Under the pieces are notes generated by a model. It searched no databases. It was not told where the DNA came from and saw nothing but the letters and a program-made list of their open reading frames with translations. Shown here one piece after another: positions 25,667 through 37,499 of a stretch of 64,000 nt of DNA; position 1 is the first letter of the stretch, and the number at the start of each line of letters is the position of its first letter. Source of the DNA: Raillietiella orientalis. Taxonomy: Eukaryota. The translations under genes were made by a program, and so were the position numbers. The stretch covers positions 1,364,001-1,428,000 of the forward strand of contig JAYWIR010000024.1 of assembly GCA_036172245.1 (NCBI GenBank), written 5' to 3'.

Positions 25667-27226
25667 TTACTGGTGCGCCTTGCTTAGCAGGTGGGAATTG
25701 AAATCATAAACATTTTGACACTGCTCGCTACAAATGTTACACTTCCATGGATTGCTATCAGAATGGCATCCTTTGTGTAAAAAATACAATGTCTGGTCCG
25801 GAAACACGATCCCGCAAAAGTAACACTGAGTAGTGGATTTATGAATGGAGTTTGCAGCCAGCGAAGGAAAGTGCGGCGGAGGAGCATGAGTACGTGAGGT
25901 TCTTAGGATGGAGCGCGGCTCCTCTCGTAACAGCGACTTAAGAGGAGACACTTTTATAAGTGAGACACTCGATGTGGGAGTCACTAAGTGCTTGGGATGC
26001 CCGGAACCTGAAGTCGAAGAAATGACTGTTGACCCATTTATGCCGTTCTCAGATATGTTCGTTTCGAACCCTTCCGAGTTGACAATATTGTCCTCGCAAA
26101 GCTCTTGCTTTATGGGTATCAGAGAGATATCTGGAGTTATGTCCGAATCAACAAGTGGCCTGTCTGTCGAACTAGAAGCAATGGATTCGATCGGAGAGTT
26201 ACGTAAAGAACCAGCATGAGAAGATGTGGGTTGGGGAGGGGAGATATGCGGGGATAGGTTTCGATCCGCACACGAAGAGTAATTATTCCCGTCATCCTCG
26301 TACTCGCACATTTCACTTTTCATCTGGGAAGGCGACGCCACACTGATTTCGACGTGGGGAGTGAGAAAGTGGTGAGGCACGATGGATACGTTTCCAGAAT
26401 TGTCGATGACACGAGTCACCATGCTATCTGCGTTGCCGTTGGTGTGAGGAGAGAAGGAGGCATCGCTGACGATGGACGGGGAATCCAGGTCGATCCCGTG
26501 GCGCTTGGCCATGTGCATGCCGAGCGCCTTCAGGGAACCGGCGTGGTAGCCACACAAGCCACAACTCTTCTGCCCTTCCGCGTGGCCGACGTGCTCGTTC
26601 TGGAAGTGGGCGCGCATCGCGATCTGACGCTGGAAGCCCTTGTTGCAGATGGGGCAATGGAAGGGCAGTTTCTTGTTGTGGGTCGTCATGTGCTCTGCCA
26701 AGTGGTCCTTCCGGAAGAAGCGCTTCTCGCAGATTTTGCATTCGTAGGGCTTGACGCCCGTGTGCCTCACGCGGTGGCGGCGCATGTTGGCTCCGTTGCT
26801 GAACTTCATGCTGCAAATATCACACTGGAATACTTTACGATTTTCGGAATCATGGGATTTGAAGTGTGCTTGTAGCGTGGCCTGGCTGTACGTTTCATAA
26901 TCGCACAAATGGCAACGGAGTATTGGGACATTATTATCTTGCATGTCATACAACAGAGGACCATTGCTATTACTCAACTCGCCGGACATTTCAGGATCGC
27001 CAGGCGAAGAATGCGCACCTGAGCCATCGGAATACTGTCCATCCAATTTATCTGCCTCATTAAAATCACTCAAATTATTGCCATTACTATCACTTTCCAT
27101 ATTTTCATTGTCACTTCCATTACTGTGGTTACCCGAACCACTATCGTTACCCTGCATAATCTTCACATCCTGACAAATCGGCTCCGTGCTAGTCATGATT
27201 CGTATCTTCTTCCTGTGCTTCGACAT
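25667..27226 (-). CDS. Hunchback/Ikaros-like (Pegasus-type) C2H2 zinc-finger transcription factor, 519 aa
   Basis: Five N-terminal C2H2 fingers (CHLC..H..H; CDIC..RH-TGVKPY-CKIC..; CPIC..; CGLC..). Two C-terminal fingers CYFCGIVFPDQTLYFLHKGCH and WKCNICSEQCQNVYDFNSHLLSKAH are typical of the Ikaros/Hunchback dimerisation module. SUMO-type IKQE motif. Uninterrupted ORF; the start may be the ATG at 27226 or the next Met (MTSTE). Confidence 0.93.
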   Translation of the reverse strand: MSKHRKKIRIMTSTEPICQDVKIMQGNDSGSGNHSNGSDNENMESDSNGNNLSDFNEADKLDGQYSDGSGAHSSPGDPEMSGELSNSNGPLLYDMQDNNVPILRCHLCDYETYSQATLQAHFKSHDSENRKVFQCDICSMKFSNGANMRRHRVRHTGVKPYECKICEKRFFRKDHLAEHMTTHNKKLPFHCPICNKGFQRQIAMRAHFQNEHVGHAEGQKSCGLCGYHAGSLKALGMHMAKRHGIDLDSPSIVSDASFSPHTNGNADSMVTRVIDNSGNVSIVPHHFLTPHVEISVASPSQMKSEMCEYEDDGNNYSSCADRNLSPHISPPQPTSSHAGSLRNSPIESIASSSTDRPLVDSDITPDISLIPIKQELCEDNIVNSEGFETNISENGINGSTVISSTSGSGHPKHLVTPTSSVSLIKVSPLKSLLREEPRSILRTSRTHAPPPHFPSLAANSIHKSTTQCYFCGIVFPDQTLYFLHKGCHSDSNPWKCNICSEQCQNVYDFNSHLLSKAHQ

Positions 27227-27298
27227 TAGGTAAGAATCTACGGTTTACAGATAAGTGCAACTTTTGAATAATAACTTTCAACCACGTTAAATGCAAAC

Positions 27299-27862
27299 CT
27301 TCGTTGCAAACAAACGTGGAAAGAAGAAAAACACACACAATTTGCAACAATTAAAAATCGATAAGCGGGGGGGGGGGGGAAGGGGAGGAGGAGGGGGGGG
27401 AACAACAACAACAACAACACATTTTAAGAACTTTCCAATGACTGTTAAACAATGAAGAATATTGTTTTGGTTTTTTTTTTTTTTTTTGTTTTTCTCTCTC
27501 TTTCTCTCTCTCTCTCTCTCTTTCTTTCTCTTTCTCTTTCTCCAGCTGAACAATTTTTGCAATTTTGCGAATAAATTATTTGCCGTGAAACTGGACAAGT
27601 TCACGTTCAGTTTCGGGAAGAAAAGGGGGGACGAAACGGGGGGTAGGGGGGAGAAGGGAGGAAAGCAAAAAAAAAAAAGGAAGGAAGGAAGGAAGGAAGG
27701 AAAGGAGAGGGGGAAAACAAAAGAAAAAAAAAAAAAAAACCTTTTTTTTTTTTTTTATTTCTTTATTATTCTGTTAAATAACCACACGACAGCAGATCAT
27801 TACATTGTAGTTTTTTTTTTTTTTTTCCTCTCTCTCTCTCCCTTAGTTCCCAAGCTACTTAC
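27299..27862 (-). other. Predicted 5'-leader intron of the zinc-finger gene
   Basis: Consensus donor ATG|GTAAGT at 27862. The acceptor AAG|G at 27299 is the first AG after a ~120-nt AG-free pyrimidine-rich tract. Confidence 0.55.
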
Positions 27863-28148
27863 CATTCTGTACACACCGAGTCTGTATCGCACATTTGAAT
27901 CATAACCTCAGTTCACCTGCACCTCCACGTTCAGCTGCAACCATCCACGTACTGTTGCTGCACCTGCGCGAAGAGAATAATGCACCTGCGCACACGACAT
28001 GATAATCCCAGAATTCCTTTCTCAGAATGCGTGCCATCTATTCTCGTGTGATCTTCCGAGAGGAGCGTGCGATCTGTATGCAGGAGGAAGAGATCGAACG
28101 TGTTCGCCAGCTCTGGGCAAACCAACACTCGGAATAGCAATAAACTGA
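27863..28148 (-). promoter_or_regulatory. Predicted first (leader) exon with arthropod Initiator-like TCAGTT and an E-box cluster
   Basis: TCAGTT at 28148-28143 (-). GCAGGTG x3 and GCAGCTG x1 within 27914-27989. Ends at a consensus donor. Confidence 0.45.
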
Positions 28149-29020
28149 ACTTGGAATAGTAATGTGTGAATTTTTCTTGCAAAACTCGGGCGGCGTGAGC
28201 CTTCCCCATGCGTGGCCAGGAAAGTGCAGTCAGTGTACGGGGGGGAGGGAAGGGGGGGCGGGGGACCACTTCCAGGGATGCTGCTGCTGCTGCTGCTGCT
28301 CCCTTCCCGAACGGCAAACGTTCGTCCATGCAGGCATTTTTTTTTTTTCTTTTCAAATGGACCGACCGACAAAATAATCAGTAACACTTCCAGGTCGCAA
28401 AACGTTTTTTTTTTTTTTTTTTTTTTTTTTTCTCCCTCCCCCCCCAATTTTCGAAACACCGTTTCGTTGTTTTCACATGGAAAAAATACGCACAGTGTCC
28501 AGTTTCCGTGAGTAAGCTACAAGAAAACTTTGAGAAATACGTGAATCACTGCCGTGGATAGGAACTGCATGCTTTCATGCTAAGCATCCGGTCACTTGCA
28601 CATTTCATAGCAACTGGGAAACCATTACATAACTCTGCCTTTATTTGGGATGGTAACATAAACAACTTGGATTCAATTTGAAATTTATTTCCAAAAACAC
28701 GTAAGAATTTGCTTGGAAAAACTTTTTTGTACGATTATACCTTTCAGGTTCTTTGGTGAGAGTAGATTATGTAATTTACTTACACATTATGCTTTCATAC
28801 AGTAAAGAAAACACACAAAAAAATAAAAAATCCAAGTGAGCCTAGCACATAGCGTCAACTAACACAAAAATGGAAAACCATTCAAATAGAAAACACATCA
28901 CAACTTAGAAAAATGAAGAACCATTCGACTCTTGGGTGATACTCTCAATCAAACACTGAATTCATTGGGGATCATCCATGAAACTTTTGCGCTTCCTTTG
29001 TCACACAAAGAAAAATTCTC

Positions 29021-30244
29021 TCAGAAAACACTTTCATAATTAGTACGTCTCAAACGGTGCTGAAGCAACACAGGCAGTAAGGCCATGACAGCAAACAGAA
29101 ACAACAGGACTATGGAAAACCACGACAAAGACTGTGAAGTAGAACTTAATTCATAGAGTGATGTGCCAGTCTGAATTGCCAGGAAAGATGGAGGTGCTAC
29201 TCCTGATGGGTTCAAAATTACTTTATGTAAGATCATTTTTTGTTAAATACCTAAAACAGTGCCAATGAAGAATGGTCTCAATGGGACTCCCACAACCGGA
29301 GAGGCAACATTGATGAACCAATTGGGTAGGAAAGGTGTGATGCGTAGAAAAATTATGTAATGGATTAAATCTTCTTGATGCCTGGAAACCTTAATGCAAA
29401 AAATGACGCGTTTACATTTTCATCTTTCTTACAATTTGAGACCAGTTATTAGCTCGTTCTGCCCAGAATCTATAAATGAGAAATCTTCCCATAAAAAAGG
29501 ACAAACAGTAACATAGAGATGCCCCTACTCCAGAGCAAAGGCACACCACAAATAATGCTAAAGGAAATGGAAATAGAAAGCCACATAAAACTGACAGAAA
29601 GATGGATCCTGGAATGGCAAAAGTTTGCAAGCTGACAGCCTGTTAAGGAAATATTCAAAAATGGAGGCATGAAAGCCACAAAAATTTTGCAATCTAGTGC
29701 TCATGATGGTTAATGCTGGTGCTTATTAGGCAGCCAATGTCTAAGGATACGATATATAAATGAAACATATTCCAAATAGTACATGATAAAAATATTTCTC
29801 TTTATAACGATCTAAAATCCTGGCTAAATTTTTGACATCTTCCAGGTTTCTTGGGATTTTTAAGCTTTTCCACTCGGATCTGAAAGAACGACACTTCTGT
29901 AACATGGGGAGTTATACATCTATAGTGGTACAAAATAGTCAATGAATACATCATTTCTGCAATAAATGTTTTAAAATTGAAAACAAACATTACTGAACAT
30001 TTTTTCTTTTTTTCTTTTTTTTTTTTTTGCTAGCTAGCATGTATGACATATGAAGTTAATTTACTTACTCATCAAATTTTGGAAGTGGTGCACAGATAAA
30101 TACAAATATGCTTCCTGATATAAACAAGAAGATGAATGAGCCAAAAAGTACATTTCTGTAATCATTTGTGGCTTCCCTGGTTTCATTCACAGGTCTACTC
30201 TCTTGGTTGCCTTGCTTAGAACTCTCATTTGCATTGTTCGACAT
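29021..30244 (-). CDS. TMEM41B: Transmembrane protein 41B / Stasimon (DedA/VTT-domain ER lipid scramblase), 274 aa, 5 coding exons
   Basis: Exons 30244-30069, 29879-29751, 29631-29433, 29389-29251 and 29202-29021 sum to 825 nt in frame. Hallmark peptides: LKIPRNLEDVKNLARILDRYKEKY, LQTFAIPGSIFLSVLCGFLFPFPLAL, YIIFLRITPFLPNWFINVASPV, GVAPPSF. All introns are GT-AG. Confidence 0.95.
29632..29750 (-). other. U12-type (minor spliceosome) GT-AG intron, 119 nt
   Basis: 5' splice site GTATCCTT. Branch point TTCCTTAAC at 29650-29642, ending 10 nt before the 3' end. No polypyrimidine tract. Lies just before LQTFAIPG. Confidence 0.93.
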
Positions 30245-30749
30245 TTACAGTTACTTCCTGTGCAAAATTTGCTCTATAGAATAAAAGTGCCTTGTATTTC
30301 CTGGTATTTACACTTCAGCATCTCAATCTTTATTTCACAACTAAAACGAAATCTAGCAAAAAACTATTCGTTTCGGTTGCTCATCCCTATCCAACACCGT
30401 ACATAAATTGGCTCACATTTTTACCAAAGTCCTCAATAGGTTTACATACTCACATATTCACCTCTTTTGCTTTTTCTGTTCACATGCATTCACTTTAGGA
30501 AATTTGAATTCCTGGTTTCCTGAGGAACCGCCATTCACAGCACACCGTGATGATCAACTCCTGCTTTTTATTTACCTGATGACGTGCTTTATTGATGCAC
30601 ATGTTGTTCTTTTGCTTGTGGGGAGTCGTATCAGATTTCCAAGTCATGAGATTTACATCATAAGGTTGAACTTCCTACATGGCGTTGTACAAACACGTGA
30701 ACGAAAAGTTTCCGTCAGGCTGCAGTACTTTGCTGCAGTGATGGACAGT

Positions 30750-31560
30750 TTATTATGCAAATTTACTGGGCAGCAGGCACTGTCAGATGTACGTCATTTC
30801 TGCAAGACTGTAATTTATTCAGGGCGAGACGGTGCTTCCTCTGGGAGGCGGTTTATTCGTGGTCAATGAAGTCCCTGAAAAACCTGCCGTCCCGTAGCAT
30901 GCTGGGATGTTTGCTCTCGTCTCCAATCTTGCTTCCAGGTTCCCAAACGTCTTCGGACTTTGCTTCCCTTCCAGGAAAATCGGAGGTTTCCTAGTGAGAG
31001 ATAAGATATTCCCACGAGGGCCTTCAAAAACACCAATGAAGTCCAATACGTGTAGAAGCAGGTTACTACGCGACGTACACCGGCAATCACCGGCTCTCTG
31101 TGAGTGTTTGTGTATGCAAACACTCCAAGCAGGTTTTGGGGTTTGATCGGGAGCATCCTCATCTCCTCCTCTCGTTCAGCTTCTTGTTGAGCTGGTCCAG
31201 CTCTTGGAGCAGTTCCGACAGCGTTTCTCGATACTCTACGTTTTTGCACGTTGCACCCAGTCGATGAAAGCAAGGCGGGCTGCACTTTGCTGTGGCAGAA
31301 TGGGAAGAAACTTCTTCTTTGCTTCCTCGGCTCCACAAGACATTCCAAGATCCTTTCCCAGATTCAGGGATTTCTCGGTCCTCGTTGATGGTGCTGGTCT
31401 TTGTGTACCTGGAACTCCTCTTCTGCTTCCCCGTGTTTCCTGGAACACAAGGTGTCGTTCCTCCTTTCCCAACAAGTGCTCCATTGAAAACCTTTGGAGA
31501 AGAACTGTTCGATAAAATGCTGGTACATCCATGAAATAAAGCGAGCACGGATTTTAAAAA
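30750..31560 (-). mobile_element. Possible decayed non-LTR retrotransposon ORF2 linker region
   Basis: Broken frames with WNVLW...RETLSELLQELDQLNKKLNERRR, a coiled-coil-like stretch. Same strand as, and downstream of, the APE-like remnant at 32.4-33.2 kb. Confidence 0.25.
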
Positions 31561-32419
31561 GATACGGTTGCTACATTGTATGCATTTGCAGTTTGTTGGA
31601 CTGGTTGACATCAGTCCAATCGGTATTTTTTTTAATCGTTTTCGTGTGATTCTTTGCACGTGAAGAGCGATCTTTTCATCAAAACTTGGTAAACTTTTGT
31701 TTCTTTTTCATATAAAACTGCAGCCATGGGAAATCGCCATTCCTCGCAGCTTCCCTCTGTATCCTCAATTTCACCAGAAAAGAAAAAGGAAAAAAGGAAA
31801 ATGTTGCGAGGTCTTTCCAGCACATGGAATTTTATGGATGAGCTGGTCTTCCGGTATTGGTTAGTGATTCATTCTTCAAGGAGAAATTTTAAAAAAAAAA
31901 AAAAAATGAAATCAGTAGAAAATAATTGGTTTCGTCTTAATCTGGGGAAGATCTGATCGATTGAATTCTGCCAACATACGGACCATTTCCGTGATCAGAG
32001 CTGGAATGAAAAATCCGATGACTCGAAAAAAATTGCCAGACGATGTTTCACAACACGGCAATTCCACGTGTTTTAGAAATCAGCACTTTGCATACGTGTT
32101 TGGCTTTGCTTCATTTCTTGGAAAGGATACTGATCCTCGACTTTGGGGAGTTGGATTCGAAAGTGTTTTATTGGATTGCGTAGGTGTGCCACGTGGTGAT
32201 TTAAGACCCCGAAAAACAAGTCTAGTTAAAATCAGCGTCCATTCAAAGACAGCCGTTTTTTGCGGAAAAGCAGGAAAACTTCGATCTGTTTGAACGTCTG
32301 CTTCAGTCTAATACGAATTTGAAAACGACGAGTGAATAATCTGAAACTCATTTATTTTATTTGTTTTTTCCTTCAGACTGTAACTCTCCCTTCAAGCACG
32401 ATCTTAAGTAGCTAGCCGT

Positions 32420-33200
32420 GCTGATGATTCTCGTTGAAGGTAAGGATTCCTTGTAGTGATGATGTGTGGTCAAGACAACTCAGAGCAAACTGGTCAAGCG
32501 ATGAAGTGATGAAAAAGTCTCTTTGGTGAATCAGTTTCGTAAGCTTCCTTTCGATTCTGATCACCCTGATCGTGTTCACTGTGTTCCCAAGTAGTAGACA
32601 ATCTTTGTGCGTCAGTAACTGCAAGTGTTTTCCTAAATTCGCAAGAACGCCTCTGGGTCGAGAGCACACGTGATGAAAGACCAAAGAGCAGACGGTTGCG
32701 TCTTCTGCAAATTTCCGAGGTTCCAAATGAAGCATCAAGCATTTGGTTAAATTAACCAGCAACACATATTTCTGAATTTTCGCGGGACGTCCTTGCGATT
32801 TCTCTGCACTGAAAAACATCACACCCTGCTGCTGCTCTCTATTACTCAACAAAGTTGATCCCCTCGTTGGATTTCCTGCTAGTGGTTTCCAGCACATTTG
32901 TAAATATCACGTTGCCATGCCCCATCGATATTTTCAGTTCGAATGCAGTGACTGATGCCACACCATCCTTAAATCTAGATAATGTGATAGCGAAAAGACA
33001 CCAATGGCACGAAATCAATCAAGCAAAACTTTATGCCCAGCCTCCACGATTCGATGTAGAATTTCGTCATGACTTGAAGATCCCGCCAAGCCACCCTGAG
33101 CACCTGGTGGCCTGGTAACACCGACTTTCCGAAGACTGGCCTCGACTCTGCGGTCTTCATAGTTTTCTGCAGAGGACAGCAAATTGCCTTCGAATAAACA
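32420..33200 (-). mobile_element. Decayed APE-type endonuclease domain of an L1/Tx1-like LINE
   Basis: Across frameshifts: ICVAG*FNQMLD (~GDFN motif, 32733-32770) followed by RDFFITSSL...CLDH (~RIDY...SDH motifs, 32465-32525). Confidence 0.5.
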
Positions 33201-36200
33201 CAATTGCATGATTAACCAGGTGAATAGAAAAATGGAAGCCCTTTATACTTTATCATGAACTATGTTAGAAAAGATCTCTGACGAACCACAAAGATTCTAT
33301 TGCTTGCCTACTGCTGCTTTGCTTCGATTGTCCTAATAGCAGTCCTAAAACCTTACCCAACTGTGCTAATTTAGTGTTTCGGCACACTGCTGCAACATCG
33401 TTTTACGGTCCAAAAGTGACGAAAACTTCATTTTCTATTAGAATCAGGGTTCCGAAAATAGAAATCTGTGACTATACATACTGACACATCCTATGGGCAG
33501 TTTGGTTACTATAATAAAGTTGTGGAACTTTCGTTCTCTGCTCACACGAGATGATTATTCCACATGCAGTCATCCACCTTTTGTTAAATCAGTAAATTTG
33601 CTCTGAAAGCCAAGTGGCAAGAACTTGGGGAGGCGGGTAACTGTTTTCAGGAAAAGAAATGGTTTGTGGAAAAGAATGGAAACAACCCAAAAACATGGAT
33701 GGGATTAAATAAAAATGCATCACAGTCAATGAGGTGAGCATTCTGCAAAAATTCAGAATTTAAAACTCGAACTTGAAAGTTTCGAGAACCCCAAGGTTGA
33801 AAACTGCCAGCCGGGAAGGACAACCGCATGCAAATAGAAACATCCCCGCAACCTGCGTCGCGGTAAAGTGTTCATTTCAAAGGACTAGAAGCGTTCACTC
33901 TTGCCAGGGTCTCTCATGAGAATTGGAGTTTTTGGATGAGGAATTTTCGAAAAAGCTGCAGGCTCTCAGAAAAGACTGACCAGTTGTGCTAACCACTATG
34001 AGTCAGAAATCCTTACGGAATATAAATGAGACTTTACAGTTTCACACAGCATTATAAAGCATTTCATATCATAAGACACTGTATATTCAACGATGAACTG
34101 CGCCACCTCAAATTACGAAATGTGGTATCGTCCTTCCGATATGGCCAAAGCAAGTTCCGGATCATGGTTTTTGTCCTAGCAACCCTCACTTATACGTAGT
34201 CATCATGAATGCGCACGTATGCGTTTATACTTGAAGACAAGAAAAAAGATCCTTCAGCAGTGCATGACGTAACCCCCCCCCCCCCCAGAAAAAAAAGGAA
34301 AAATCGTGTTTTCTACAGGCAGCTGATTCAGAACTTGGAACTGGTGCGATGCTGATCTGTTTTTCTGTGCTAGGGCGTATATGTGCTGCGGTTTCGACAA
34401 AAGGCCCAGAGAAGCAACTCTTACTTTGAGCATACATTGTAGTATTACAGATGAAACGAGTACCCTTTCAAAAAAAGCATTGACTTGAAAATTCCAGTGG
34501 CAGACTTCGGCGCTCTCAGTGGAAAACGCAGCTCCGTCTAAGGACCCTCCCTCTGAACACCGAAATTGTCCGTTTGCTTCCTCCAGGGGAGCGTGTCATT
34601 GCGGGTTCCGATAACTGGGAAGGAGATCTGATTCCATGACGCTGCTGCTGTCGTACAGAGAGGAAATTCCGAAAAATATGGAGCGAAGGACGACTCACTG
34701 TGAAATGTACGCGCCGTTTCTCAGGTTAAGGTGCTGGGAAAAGAAGAGAAAAAAAATCTCGAAAAATGATCTGTAAGTGAACAACCTGGTGAACCACAGA
34801 GTGGGATCGGAGAGCCTAGAAGCTTCATATGAGGTAAGTTCCACTCAGAGCATCATGATGAAAATAACTGAGAAGAACGATGCAAGTAGGTGTCTGTGCT
34901 GTCTATGGGCCACGTCCACAATCTTCCATTTCCTATGACTACGGGGGCTTCTCACAGAGTGATTTCTACTCATTCACGTTAAGTGGATTACCTTCTCATT
35001 TTTTTTTTTTTTCTCTCTTTTCTTATTCTCAAACACTGGAGAAAAGCTCTGCACCTTCTGGAATCTACAGGGCACAGAGTTTCCTTTGGTACTGATTTCG
35101 TTCGAAATAATTTCCACGAGGGAATATAGTGCTCTGCAGAAATAAGAGTAGGGATTCCTTCCTTCCCCCCCTCCAAGAAAGTCCTTTTGGATTCTTCGGA
35201 AATTGAAGTCCAGGTCGCGTTGTTCTTCACACTGCCTCGCGGTCAGTCTTTGGCAGCGGATTTTCATTTGGACACCTTCTAGCAGTGCTACAACATCCAG
35301 CCGCAAGCGAGTCTTGAAACTCCTCCTCTATCAACGTGAAGACAATCTACGGCATTATTCACCTAATTTTAGGACGAAAGGAACGCATGAGGGACATCTG
35401 AAGCACGAATTTCCCGATAGGGAATTTCTGGAACAGGAATGGGTGTTTCGTTAAGTCGTCCACATCTCTCTGCTCTCGACGCAAGTCCAGCTCTCAAGTT
35501 TACAGAACGCGCAGATTTCCTAAGCTGGCAGATCCCTCACACGAAGAGTAACTCGAGCGTCAGTAGGAAAACAGAAGGAGCACAGGCGATCTGCATTGCT
35601 TGTCGATGCAACCCCTGCAAATTCTAATAATCTGCTTGTGCATCCACAAAACAAACGCGCGCAGCTCTGTGCACAGGGGAGCTCAGGAACCCAATTTCCT
35701 GCTGTTCCTGCTTCGAATGCTTTTGTCTTTAAAGGTGGGCAGCCATGCAATCAAACAGCTAACTCACCCCAGGAACTATTTAGTCTTTCGAGCCGCTCCT
35801 AACCGAAACAAGGGCCCACGTTGCGGAACAGTTCAAGAACTTCCAGCCACTTCATGGAGAATTGCTGCTACCGGTGGCCTGTAACCGTCTTCGCTGTCTC
35901 TGTCATGCTTTGAAAGCACAAGAGCCGGTGTCTTTCACAGTGATTTCCTGCACGCATGTGTGCGTGCGCGCGAGCGCGCATGCACGCACACACGCGCGTG
36001 TAACTCGAAGCCTCTTTTCATTGCCCCCAAAGCGAGGCATTGAAATTAACGAGTTGACTCGCCAACGATGTTGCTGGGAGTTCGAGGTCTCCGTGGTGCC
36101 ACCCCGCGTGCAGAATGCAAAGCCAAGGTTTTTTCGAGTTTTCCACCTGCCTGAGACGGAACACGATCACAGAATCCGTGCCACCGTCAGTCCGTGTTTA

Positions 36201-36699
36201 AGAGACATGCGCAGTGGGGATGCATCGCCAGGATGTGGGTAGAGAACGACTCTTTGAAAACGAGAAGATTCCCTTTCCAGGTTATGCCGGGGTGGGTGGA
36301 GGGAAGAAAAAGAATCGATGTTAAGCAGCTTCCAAACTGAGCAAGTTAACAAGCTTGCATCTGTGAATGCACATAAATCACTCTGCATTTGCTTCGGAGG
36401 GGTAATGATAGAGTATCCCCCAAACGGTAATCACGGCACTCTATTTGCTCATCTTGCACGAGCCACGACTATCTTTCATTCCTGGCTGATGCTGACAGCG
36501 TCTATCATGGCGATCCCGTGAATTGATTTTGACTGATGGATGCTGTTCGTTCCTCCTTCAGGTGAACGATCTCTACGACCACTACAGTCGTAGCATTGTG
36601 GACCGCGGAAGTCCTCTCTGGCATTTCTGTGCACCTTACACCTCTTTTCCAGGAATGGGAACCGTGTGCTTTGCCGAACAAAGACCCACTTCAGACGGT

Positions 36700-37416
36700 T
36701 GGTGACTGCCGCTGCCATCCCTTCGGGATGGCACCGCTGTGGCCAGGGGCGTGGAGGATGCGCGAGCCTGCTTTGTAGGACTGCCCATTCTCCGGACCTG
36801 GCTTCGCTGGAATTTCCCGCCGGGCGCAGCTTCTGGGCATTCCTCTAGGAGAGGCAGAGACTCCCCCAGTATTCGTGGACAGCTCCATGCTTCCTCTGGA
36901 GTGCAGGGACTCGGCATTGCGGTTGTTGCGCTGGGCGATCCCATGCAAAGCACGAGTCCACCACTGGACAAGGGGGAGGTCGGCGCCGGACTGTTCCAGG
37001 TGCAGGGAACGGGAATCCTTCCTGCTCCTGTTGCTGGATTGTGTTGTTGGCCTCCTGGGTGTCCGGGAATGCTCCGCTGCGGTCCTCCCACTCATGATGG
37101 GCAACGGCAGAGAAGTCTTGCGGCGCCTCTTCGTGCGCGACTCGATGCCTCCTAAAGCTTTCCTTAAAGCCCTGTGCTGCCTTCGTGAGATCGTGGCGGC
37201 GAGAAGCTGCTCCGAACGGAGAGTCTCGTCGAACGGTGAGGTCATCCCAATCGCCTGCTCCTTCATGGGGAAGTCGACAAAATGGCAGCGTCTCTGCAGC
37301 AGAAGGAGGAAGTTGCCCACATCCTCCAGAGGCTGAAGACGCCAGGAAGAAATCTGTCACTCCCCCCTCCCCCCAACATTTTTTTAAACTGAACTTTTGT
37401 GTTTTTGTAAAAAAAA
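36700..37416 (+). mobile_element. L1/Tx1-like LINE ORF2 3' fragment, family A copy 1
   Basis: ORF 36875..37336 has HWTRGRSAPDCSRCRERESFLLLLLDC, a zf-RVT-like CxxC..ES..(H)...C motif. It is clearly homologous to 62640-63330(-). Ends in a T-rich tract plus A8. Confidence 0.7.
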
Positions 37417-37499
37417 TTTTACAGCAAACGTCTCGGCATGACCGGGTGAAAATTTCCCGGACCTGCTTCTCCTGCTGCCCATGTCCACCTTGGCAGCCA

